Part shown: piece after piece, positions 37,434-44,834 of the stretch
How the letters are laid out: each line of letters opens with the position of its first letter
How positions within the stretch are numbered: position 1 is the stretch's first letter
Origin: a virus
DNA length: 64,000 nt
Virus record (IMG/VR): IMGVR_UViG_3300045988_144682
Reading direction: 5' to 3' (one strand)
Made by a program: the position numbers and the translations under genes
The notes under the pieces: model-generated
Told to the model about the DNA's origin: nothing
Seen by the model: only the letters and a program-made list of their open reading frames with translations
Databases searched by the model: none

Positions 37434-37549
37434 GGGAGTGATCCGGCGGTGCTTTTTAAGGCGCATCGGGTGGAGAGCGCATACAGCAATTTTACATAAA
37501 AGGAAACTCTTCAAAAGTTTTAGTTACGGTTCGACTCCGTACACTCCCA
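37434..37549 (+). tRNA. tRNA-like gene with intact UCA anticodon arm and extra sequence around the D arm (unit C)
   Basis: Acceptor GGGAGTG/CACTCCC. D-arm-like GCGC-ATCGGGTGGAGA-GCGC (37461-80) followed by AT-ACAGCAAT. Anticodon arm AAACT-CTTCAAA-AGTTT (37504-20, anticodon TCA at 37511-13). T arm TACGG-TTCGACT-CCGTA. Confidence 0.55.
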
Positions 37550-37570
37550 CAATTCCACCAATTAAAAAAT

Positions 37571-37706
37571 GGGTAAGTGGCGAAATAGGCACACGCAACG
37601 GCAATTTTTATACACATGTGTTTAGTTGACAAACACATACAGCAATTTATTTAAGTAGAAGAAATCAGGAAGCCGTGTCTTGCAGGTTCGAGTCCTGTCT
37701 TACCCG
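37571..37706 (+). tRNA. tRNA-scaffold gene with 69-nt anticodon-loop region (unit D)
   Basis: Acceptor GGGTAAG/CTTACCC. Leu-like D arm TG-GCG-AAATAGGCACA-CGC. Stem ACGGC (37598-602) / GCCGT (37672-76). T arm GCAGG-TTCGAGT-CCTGT. Insert hairpin ATGTGTTT-AGTTGAC-AAACACAT followed by ACAGCAAT (37639-46). Confidence 0.55.
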
Positions 37707-37862
37707 TTAGCACCATGAAAGTATGCAACTTTGTTTAGTTGGAAATGAAAGAATATCGCACCACAAGAATCGTATGTTTTGTGTGATTAAATGTAGCGAA
37801 AAGGTATCGTGAAAGGCTAATCCATTGGAGGTCGTGCATGGCTTCGCTTTATGGTGCAACCA

Positions 37863-37936
37863 GGATCATTAGCTCAGTTGGTTAGAGCATCCGGCTCATA
37901 ACCGGGCGGTCACTGGTTCGAGTCCAGTATGATCCA
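37863..37936 (+). tRNA. tRNA with CAT anticodon (Met, or Ile2 if lysidinylated)
   Basis: Canonical cloverleaf GGATCAT-TA-GCTC-AGTTGGTTA-GAGC-A-TCCGG-CTCATAA-CCGGG-CGGTC-ACTGG-TTCGAGT-CCAGT-ATGATCC-A. No CCA is encoded. Confidence 0.9.
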
Positions 37937-38068
37937 TTTGAGCAATTTCAAACGCTCAACATTTTGATTTTTGTAGCTTGGTTTTAGCGAAAGCTGTGGA
38001 AACTATCTGTAAAATAGGGAGATAGTGTGTCTCATATGTGAGGTTTGTATGAGAAAAATTAAATATTT

Positions 38069-38194
38069 GCCACCGTAGCTCAACTAGATAGAGCAACGTA
38101 AATCGAAAAACGTGTCTAGTATTAGACACAGACAGCAATTTTTCAAGATAGCATGTTAAGCCGTAGGTTATAGGTTCGACTCCTATCGGTGGCG
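38069..38194 (+). tRNA. tRNA-scaffold gene with about 74 nt replacing the anticodon arm (unit F)
   Basis: Acceptor GCCACCG/CGGTGGC. D arm GCTC-AACTAGATA-GAGC. T arm ATAGG-TTCGACT-CCTAT. Internal hairpin GTGTCT-AGTATT-AGACAC followed by AG-ACAGCAAT (38132-39). No clean anticodon stem found. Confidence 0.5.
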
Positions 38195-38197
38195 TTG

Positions 38198-38332
38198 GCG
38201 AGAGTATGCAAGAGGCTTAAGCAAATGATACAAAAATGTGCTTAGTTCTAGCACACACAGCAAAATTCTCAGAAGAAAACATTGATTCAAAATTGTAAGT
38301 TGAATTCGTGGGTTCAAATCCCACCTCTCGCC
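38198..38332 (+). tRNA. class-II-like tRNA-scaffold gene with insert (unit G)
   Basis: Acceptor GCGAGAG/CTCTCGC. Ser/Leu-like D arm TGC-AAGAGGCTTAA-GCA. T arm GTGGG-TTCAAAT-CCCAC. Long arm ATTCAA-AATTGTAAG-TTGAAT. Hairpin GTGCT-TAGTTCT-AGCAC followed by AC-ACAGCAAA (38257-64). Confidence 0.5.
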
Positions 38333-38333
38333 C

Positions 38334-38418
38334 TGGTGAAATGGTAATGGATTAGAATGGCAGCAATTCATATAGTTCCCCTGTAAAAACAAGGTTGCCA
38401 CTGATTCTTGCCACACCA
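38334..38418 (+). ncRNA. small structured RNA without T arm (unit H)
   Basis: TGGTG (38334-38) / CACCA (38414-18) closing helix. Contains CAGCAAT (38361-67). Has GGCAG/TTGCC internal pairing. Confidence 0.3.
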
Positions 38419-38421
38419 TAA

Positions 38422-38557
38422 GCGTATGTAGCTCAGTAGGTTAGAGCGTCCACAAAAATTTTATAGAGCCTTGTATAAGGCTTGAACCGCAAATATTTTT
38501 AAAGAATTTGAAATTGAGGAAGGTGGAAGGTCACAAGTTCAAGTCTTGTCATACGCA
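38422..38557 (+). tRNA. tRNA-scaffold gene with 69-nt anticodon-loop region (unit I)
   Basis: Acceptor GCGTATG/CATACGC. D arm GCTC-AGTAGGTTA-GAGC. Stem TCCAC (38449-53) / GTGGA (38523-27). Variable AGGTC. T arm ACAAG-TTCAAGT-CTTGT. Insert hairpin AGCCTT-GTAT-AAGGCT followed by TGAA-CCGCAAAT. Confidence 0.55.
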
Positions 38558-38651
38558 CTTATTCTAATTTTTATATACTTACAGCATAATCAAACAATAA
38601 TAAAGTATGTAGGAATTATGAAATATAATTCAAAATTAGGAGGAATTGAAC

Positions 38652-40205
38652 ATGGGTTTCATGAATTCAATGAAAAGTACGTTGAATGAAGATTTCAACG
38701 AAAGCTACACAGAAAACGGCGCACTTGGATATAGAACAACAGGTAAACACTTGCTTGATTTGAATTTCAAGGTCGCATCTCTGAGAAAAGCTGATGCAGA
38801 AACAATCATTTCTGGATTCGATAAAGCGTTTTCAGAAGACCATATTCACGCACTCAAATGGTTATTCTATTTGCGTGATGCGAGAGAAGGTCTGGGGGAA
38901 CGTAGATCATTCAGAATCATCATGTCTCATTTGGCAAATGTTGAGCCGGAAATCAGTAAAGTGCTGATTGGTTTAATCGCTGAATACGGACGTAGTGATG
39001 ATCTTCTCTCCCTGTTAGGTACAGAGTGTGAAAAAGACACACTGGAACTTATCAAAAATCAGCTAATGAAAGATTTAGAAGCAAAAAAAGCGAACAAACC
39101 AGTATCATTGTTTGCTAAGTGGTTGCCAAGTTGTAATGCAACTTCCCACAAAACAAGAGAAAATGCTGCAGTAATTCGTAAGTATTTGGGATTCACAGAA
39201 AGACAATATCGTAAGATTCTTTCGGAACTGAGAGAGTATATTGATGTTGTTGAAAGAAAGATGTCTGCTAAGAAATGGGGCGAAATCAATTACGAAGCCG
39301 TTCCGTCAAAAGCAAATCTTATTTACAACAATGCATTCCTCAAAAACGATGAGGAACGCAGACGAGAGTATCTGGATAAGCTGGAAAAGGGAGAGGCGAA
39401 AATCAACTCTTCTACAAACTTCCCACATGATATCGTACATAGTTATCTGAAAGGTCGTAGCTATTACAGATCCAATATAAAAGAGAACAAAGCTCTGGAA
39501 GCATTATGGAAAGCACTTCCTGATACAGTACAGGGTGATGGAAATACTCTTGTTGTCAGAGATGGTTCTGGAAGTATGATGTGTAGTGTTGATCCAAACA
39601 GCAGCATTACTGCACTGGAAGTCGCAACAGCACTTGCTATTTACTTCTCTGAGAGATGTTCTGGCGAATTCAAAGATAACTTTATCACATTCAGTTCAAG
39701 ACCTGAGTTGATTGATCTTTCAGCGTGTAGTTCACTGGCAGAAAAAATCAGAAGATGTTATGCAGAAAATGACTGTTCTAACACAGACATTGAAAAAACA
39801 TTTGATCTTATTCTGCAGACAGCTATCAATACTAATATGAAACAGGAAGACATGCCAAAGAATATCCTGATTATCAGTGATATGGAATTTGACCAGGCAA
39901 CCTATTCATATGGATGGGGAGGTAGCGCAAGCACAGTAAATGAAACACTGTTCAAGACAATTGGCAGAAAATTTGAGAAAGCTGGATATCAGCTTCCGAG
40001 ACTTGTGTTCTGGAATGTAAACTCACGTACCGGCACAATCCCTGTCAAGGAAAACGCTTTGGGTGTTGCTCTTGTAAGTGGATTCTCAGTCAATGTTGCG
40101 AAAATGGTATTAAGCGGAGAACTTGATCCGTATAAATGTCTGATTGAGCAGCTTGACACAGAGAGATATGCACCGATTGAGGCAGCAATCAAAGATTTAA
40201 AATAA
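38652..40205 (+). CDS. vWA-domain protein of the DUF2828 / TROVE (Ro60)-like architecture
   Basis: ATG at 38652 after AGGAGGA. A helical N-terminal about 300 aa beginning ..YTENGALGY.TTGK.LLDLNF. C-terminal vWA with MIDAS VVRDGSGSM and ISDMEFD. The family assignment is from memory. Confidence 0.6.
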   Translation: MGFMNSMKSTLNEDFNESYTENGALGYRTTGKHLLDLNFKVASLRKADAETIISGFDKAFSEDHIHALKWLFYLRDAREGLGERRSFRIIMSHLANVEPEISKVLIGLIAEYGRSDDLLSLLGTECEKDTLELIKNQLMKDLEAKKANKPVSLFAKWLPSCNATSHKTRENAAVIRKYLGFTERQYRKILSELREYIDVVERKMSAKKWGEINYEAVPSKANLIYNNAFLKNDEERRREYLDKLEKGEAKINSSTNFPHDIVHSYLKGRSYYRSNIKENKALEALWKALPDTVQGDGNTLVVRDGSGSMMCSVDPNSSITALEVATALAIYFSERCSGEFKDNFITFSSRPELIDLSACSSLAEKIRRCYAENDCSNTDIEKTFDLILQTAINTNMKQEDMPKNILIISDMEFDQATYSYGWGGSASTVNETLFKTIGRKFEKAGYQLPRLVFWNVNSRTGTIPVKENALGVALVSGFSVNVAKMVLSGELDPYKCLIEQLDTERYAPIEAAIKDLK

Positions 40206-40245
40206 AACAACTTCATACGTGGCAAAACAACCAAAGTAAAAAGTA

Positions 40246-40330
40246 CAGAAATGCCTTGTAAGACACGTACAGCAAATAATAATGCAATCAACTTTTAATT
40301 GATAACCGCAAACTAAGTGTCTTGAAGAAC
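40246..40330 (+). ncRNA. structured RNA, paralog of unit B (unit J)
   Basis: CAGAAATGCC (40246-55). AAGACAC (40260-66) followed by GT-ACAGCAAAT (40269-77). Inner hairpin ATCAA-CTTTTAA-TTGAT. GTGTCTT (40317-23) followed by GAAG. Followed by a strong terminator. Confidence 0.45.
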
Positions 40331-40344
40331 GTATATTCCATAAT

Positions 40345-40391
40345 GGTTAGACGAAGTGGCAGTGGTTGTAAGCACTTCTTCTAACCTTTTT
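40345..40391 (+). terminator. Rho-independent terminator
   Basis: GGTTAGACGAAGTG / CACTTCTTCTAACC: a 14-bp stem with one mismatch, followed by TTTTT. Confidence 0.75.
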
Positions 40392-40422
40392 GAATAGATA
40401 TTTTTCAACATAGAGGTTATAC

Positions 40423-41517
40423 ATGAGAAAGTTAGCAACAATTCGTGAAATCGCAGAAATCAAGCCGATTCCTGATGCTGACAGAATCGAAGTAGCAAGA
40501 ATTGATGGTTGGGAAGTTGTCGTGTCAAAGAAAGACAATTTTCATGTTGGCGATAGAGTGGTATATGTCGAGATTGACAGTAAGATGCCGGAAACGCCAG
40601 AGTATGAATTCTTGAAATCAAGAAAGTATGTTGTAAAGACTATCGTAATGAGAGGACAGGTTTCACAAGGATTAGTGATGCCGTTATCCATTCTTCCGGT
40701 AGGTGAATACAAACTTGGTCAGGATGTTACGGATGTCTTAGGAATCATTAAGTATGATCCACAGCTTGAAGAAGAAAATGCGGTTTTCGAGGAAAACAGA
40801 AAGAAAACCAGGAATCCAGTTGTGAAATTTTTAATGAGATATGCATGGTTCAGAAAAATCTATCTCAAGAAGAATACGCACACAGAGTTTCCAAACTTTA
40901 TTAAAAAGACAGATGAAGAAAGAATTCAGAATATGCCTGAGTTATACGAAAGGCTGAAGAATGAACAAACCAATCTGATAGTGACAGAAAAAGTTGACGG
41001 ATGTTCCGGCACTTATTTTTTACGCAAAATTCCGAGAAAATTCGGAAAAGCGAAGTACGAATTCGGAGTTTGCAGCAGAAATAGGAGATTGCCACAGCCG
41101 GATAACAGCTACTATTGGAAAATCGCCAACAAATACAAAATTCGCAGCGTTCTTGAAAAATTGATAGACGATGAGGATTATATAGTATTACAAGGCGAAA
41201 TTACTGGTGCAAAAATCCAGGGAAACAAATATCATGAGAAAGATTGCCAGTTATGGGCATTCAACCTCATAGCCCCCTCAAAGAAATATAATACCATTGA
41301 GATGCAAGACATTCTCATTAAGCATGGTATTCATACAGTACCAATTGTTGAGATTGGTTACAATGTAAAAGGTGATATACAAGATATTGTAAAGTATGTG
41401 AAAGGCAAGTCACAAATTGTAGATAGGGAAAGAGAAGGATGTGTTTTTAGAAATACTGATAAGAATATCAGTTTCAAATGTATTAACCCAAACTTCTTAA
41501 TCAAGAATAATGAGTAG
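40423..41517 (+). CDS. ATP-dependent RNA ligase (Rnl5/DraRnl-like, N-terminal OB-type extension)
   Basis: 364 aa. The N-terminus MRKLATIREI.EIKPIPDADRIEVA.IDGW.VV is typical of this ligase clade. Nucleotidyl-lysine motif TEKVDG. Confidence 0.72.
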   Translation: MRKLATIREIAEIKPIPDADRIEVARIDGWEVVVSKKDNFHVGDRVVYVEIDSKMPETPEYEFLKSRKYVVKTIVMRGQVSQGLVMPLSILPVGEYKLGQDVTDVLGIIKYDPQLEEENAVFEENRKKTRNPVVKFLMRYAWFRKIYLKKNTHTEFPNFIKKTDEERIQNMPELYERLKNEQTNLIVTEKVDGCSGTYFLRKIPRKFGKAKYEFGVCSRNRRLPQPDNSYYWKIANKYKIRSVLEKLIDDEDYIVLQGEITGAKIQGNKYHEKDCQLWAFNLIAPSKKYNTIEMQDILIKHGIHTVPIVEIGYNVKGDIQDIVKYVKGKSQIVDREREGCVFRNTDKNISFKCINPNFLIKNNE

Positions 41518-41612
41518 CCTTGAAAATATAATATCTTTTGCAATATGTCTTCTTGTTTTGGTCGTGTGTTTACGATTCTTAATTGTAGAAACACGGGAAG
41601 CAAGAAAATTTT

Positions 41613-42518
41613 ATGGGAAGGGAAATGAGAATGGATCGGAGCAGTATTGGTACGAGAATGAAATCTTATGAAGATGCTCAGAAAACGTACTTAACAAGAA
41701 GAATGCCAGTAATGATTAGAGTGGATGGAAATGCTTTTCATACATTCACCAGAGGTTTTGAAAGACCTTTTGACAGCATTATGGCAGAATCAATGCAGCG
41801 CACAATGAAATATATGTGCGAAAACATTTCTGGATGTGTCTTAGGATATACACAGAGCGATGAAATCACATTACTTCTGATTGATTACAAGAAAAAGAAT
41901 CAGGGAGCATGGTTTGGATATGTAAAGCGAAAGGTAGAAACTATCGCAGCGAGTATGGCAACAATGGCTTTCAATGAGGCTTTTTCAGATGTAATTACGG
42001 AAAAGATATCAGAAGACATTATGAAAGTTCAGAATGATGAAGAAGCCGAAAAAGTAAAGGATTACTATTTCAAATATGTAAAGAAATGTGGAAGGGCAAT
42101 GTTTGATGCTAGAGCATTTAATATCCCAGAATTTGAAGTAGTCAATGAATTTATTTGGAGGCAGCAGGATTGTACAAGAAATTCAATTCAGTCAGTTGGT
42201 CATGCAAATTTTTCAGATAAGAAAATGCATAAGAAAAATATGAGTCAGATTCAAGACATGCTCATGTTGAAGAAAGGAATCAACTGGAATGATTTTCCGA
42301 CTTTTCTGAAAAGAGGATCTTGTTGTATCAAAGAAGATTATTTCATTCCAGAAAATGAGCTTCCAGAAAATCACAGAAACAATTTATCCCCACGGACATT
42401 AGATCCAGAAGAAGATGAATATGGTGTGTGGAGATCACGTTGGGTTATCGACAAAGAAATTCCAATTTTCACACAGAACAAAAACTATGTTAATAATTTG
42501 TTTTTAAACAAGTATTAA
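41613..42518 (+). CDS. Thg1-like protein (tRNA 3'-5' nucleotidyltransferase/5'-end repair)
   Basis: 301 aa. RMKSYE....YL.RRMPVMIRVDGNAFHTFTRGFERPFD and GYTQSDEITLLL. The start may be the ATG at 41631. Confidence 0.82.
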   Translation: MGREMRMDRSSIGTRMKSYEDAQKTYLTRRMPVMIRVDGNAFHTFTRGFERPFDSIMAESMQRTMKYMCENISGCVLGYTQSDEITLLLIDYKKKNQGAWFGYVKRKVETIAASMATMAFNEAFSDVITEKISEDIMKVQNDEEAEKVKDYYFKYVKKCGRAMFDARAFNIPEFEVVNEFIWRQQDCTRNSIQSVGHANFSDKKMHKKNMSQIQDMLMLKKGINWNDFPTFLKRGSCCIKEDYFIPENELPENHRNNLSPRTLDPEEDEYGVWRSRWVIDKEIPIFTQNKNYVNNLFLNKY

Positions 42519-42550
42519 ACAAGCAATAATAAAGGAGAAAACAAAGCAAG

Positions 42551-43456
42551 ATGAAAACAAGTTATTCAGAAATCGTAAATGAAAACTACATCGGCAAAAC
42601 TGAAAATCCCATTCCGATGAATGAAATTCTGAAAAAAGCAAACGAAGAAAAGTTAGAGCCATCTTCAAGCAGTCTTGAAAAAGTGCTGTTTTTGGGAATT
42701 GATGTGCAGCAGGACTTCATGGATAACGGAGCGTTAGGTGTTCCCGGCGCACATGAAGATGTTGCTAGAATGACTAAGTTCATTTATAACAACATGGAGA
42801 AAATCTCGCACATTTCAGTATCTATTGATACTCACATTCCACACCAGATTTTCCATCCGTGTTGGTGGATTGATGAAAACGGCAATAATCCAGCACCTTA
42901 CACTGTTATTACATTAGCAGATTTGGATTCTGGAAAATGGCGTCCTATTGTTGAACCAATTAAGAGCCGTGAGTATGTAGAGAATCTGGAAAAGAACTCT
43001 AAAAAGAAACTTTGCATTTGGACATATCACTGCTTACAGGGTACAGAAGGTGCAGCACTGGAAAATCAGTTTGCAAATATGATTTACTTCCACAGTGTAG
43101 CAAGAAAATACGCACTGAACCCTATCGTAAAAGGTCAAGATCCACTGTCGGAGATGTACGGTATTATCAAGCCGGAATATGACAGAAGAGGATATGTGAA
43201 CCAGGCACTATTAAACAAGTTCGCAAAATTTGACAAAATCATCATCGGCGGTGAAGCAAGAGATTATTGCGTATACGAATCTCTCTGCCAGATGCTTGAA
43301 TTTTACAAAGATGACACTGATATGCTGAAAAAGTTCTACATTCTGGAAGATTGTATGTCTGCCATTGGTGATAAAGCCGAAGTTGACAAGATGTATGCAG
43401 ATCTTCAGAAAAAGTACAAATTCAACATTGTACGCAGCACTGAATTCAAACTGTAA
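42551..43456 (+). CDS. pncA: isochorismatase-family hydrolase, nicotinamidase-like
   Basis: 301 aa. FLGIDVQQDFMDNGALGVPGA, WTYHCLQGTEGA, IIGGEARDYCV (catalytic Cys context). Confidence 0.65.
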   Translation: MKTSYSEIVNENYIGKTENPIPMNEILKKANEEKLEPSSSSLEKVLFLGIDVQQDFMDNGALGVPGAHEDVARMTKFIYNNMEKISHISVSIDTHIPHQIFHPCWWIDENGNNPAPYTVITLADLDSGKWRPIVEPIKSREYVENLEKNSKKKLCIWTYHCLQGTEGAALENQFANMIYFHSVARKYALNPIVKGQDPLSEMYGIIKPEYDRRGYVNQALLNKFAKFDKIIIGGEARDYCVYESLCQMLEFYKDDTDMLKKFYILEDCMSAIGDKAEVDKMYADLQKKYKFNIVRSTEFKL

Positions 43457-43467
43457 GGAGTAGAAAG

Positions 43468-44127
43468 ATGGAAGAAATTATTATTGATGGATTAGACGAA
43501 ATCGAAATGCAGAATACAGCCGTTGATGATATCGACAGTGAAAATGTCAATCTGATTTTCATTGGAATTGACAAATCTGGATCAATGTCCCCATACAGAG
43601 GTGATATGGTTTCTTGTCTGAAAGAGTTCAAACAGGCATTAACCGACTCTAAAGAGGCAGATGAAATTTTAGTAGCAAGAGCAGACTTTAACAGCTCAAT
43701 CAACGTGGGTGGTTACAAGAAAATCACAGAGTTTGATACAAACTACGATGCCAGTGGTATGACAGCACTGTACAATGTCATTGAAGATGGTACACAGAAA
43801 CTTACTGACTACATGGAATATCTGAAACAGCAGGGAGTACGTGTAAAAGCGGTATTTGCAATTTTCAGTGATGGTGAGGATACAGTTTCCAATGATCCGA
43901 GTGAAGCAAAACACAGAATTCAGGATCTAAACAATAAAGAAATTACAACAGCTTTCATTAGTTTTGGTGGTACAGCTACAGGTATTGCAAAGAGCCTGGG
44001 ATTTAGAAATATTCTGGATGTATCAAGTTCTGCATCTGAGCTGAGAAAAGCGTTCGATTGTCTGAGTAAATCTGTAATCGAAAGCTCAAAGAGTGTTGTA
44101 GCCGATGGAGATAACTTCTTCATTTAA
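43468..44127 (+). CDS. vWA-domain protein (TerY-like)
   Basis: 219 aa. MIDAS IGIDKSGSM, later T.L and FSDGEDT. Confidence 0.78.
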   Translation: MEEIIIDGLDEIEMQNTAVDDIDSENVNLIFIGIDKSGSMSPYRGDMVSCLKEFKQALTDSKEADEILVARADFNSSINVGGYKKITEFDTNYDASGMTALYNVIEDGTQKLTDYMEYLKQQGVRVKAVFAIFSDGEDTVSNDPSEAKHRIQDLNNKEITTAFISFGGTATGIAKSLGFRNILDVSSSASELRKAFDCLSKSVIESSKSVVADGDNFFI

Positions 44128-44181
44128 GAATAACAGAATTCGCCCCATTCATTAAGGGTGGGGCGATACACGGAGAAAAAT

Positions 44182-44820
44182 ATGTTTGTAAACAAAATAG
44201 GTTACGATCATTTATCTATCGGAATGAACTGCCAGGATTACGGATTTGAATTGTCGGATTATAAAGTGAAAGTTGTAGCAGATGGTTGTTCTGAGGGATT
44301 ACATTCAGAAGTAGGAGCAAAGACATTTTGCCACCTGTTGTCAAAAGGATATGATATCGAACAGGCTTTTTCTTCTTTGGTTGCTGTATATGGGCAGACA
44401 ATTGAGGATATGAAGAATTTCTTGTGCTTTACATATCTTTCGGTAACAGAAAGTAATGAATATTTCATTACATCAAATTGTGGCGATGGTTTCCTTATTT
44501 TGGAAGATAACGAAGGTAATATATCGTTTGTTGAATTAACCGATGGCGAATATCCGAAATACTATATCTACAACTATATTGACAAAAAATATCTTAATCA
44601 TTATGCAGATGGTGTTTCTGTAGAAAATAAGCTATTCAGCAAGGAAGAATACAAGAATGTAGGTATTGCTTCCGATGGATTGAGATTTATTGTAAATGCA
44701 GATGAAGATATCAAACAGGAATTTATTGAATGTTTAAAGTCTGGGAAAGCAGTGAAAATAAAAAGATTTATTAACCGTAACCAGAAATTATTCAGAGATG
44801 ATATTACAATTGTTTTTTAA
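44182..44820 (+). CDS. PP2C-family protein phosphatase-like
   Basis: ATG at 44182 after GGAG. NCQDYG......VVADGCSEG.HSEVGA, NCGDGF, IASDG. Confidence 0.65.
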   Translation: MFVNKIGYDHLSIGMNCQDYGFELSDYKVKVVADGCSEGLHSEVGAKTFCHLLSKGYDIEQAFSSLVAVYGQTIEDMKNFLCFTYLSVTESNEYFITSNCGDGFLILEDNEGNISFVELTDGEYPKYYIYNYIDKKYLNHYADGVSVENKLFSKEEYKNVGIASDGLRFIVNADEDIKQEFIECLKSGKAVKIKRFINRNQKLFRDDITIVF

Positions 44821-44834
44821 GAAAGGGACATATA

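Noticed and set aside
37434-37549. Selenocysteine tRNA interpretation of the UCA unit
   Set aside because: It has a 7-bp acceptor, a 4-nt variable loop and no long extra arm or 6-bp D stem. There are no selA/selB/SECIS signs in the window.
37154-38419. ORFs of 60-101 aa on both strands inside the tRNA array (37154-37342, 37299-37514, 37324-37629, 37956-38138, 38183-38419)
   Set aside because: They overlap clear acceptor, D and T-arm structures, have no RBS and give implausible translations. The region is RNA-coding.
37187-38557. Inserts as group I introns or as a CRISPR-like array
   Set aside because: The inserts are only 45-70 nt, far below group I intron size. The hairpin sequences differ between units, spacing is irregular, and each module is embedded in a tRNA scaffold, so they are not CRISPR repeats. 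No cas genes are present.
40347-40538. 63-aa minus-strand ORF spanning the ligase start
   Set aside because: It overlaps a strong + strand terminator and the RBS and start of the RNA ligase gene, so it is spurious.
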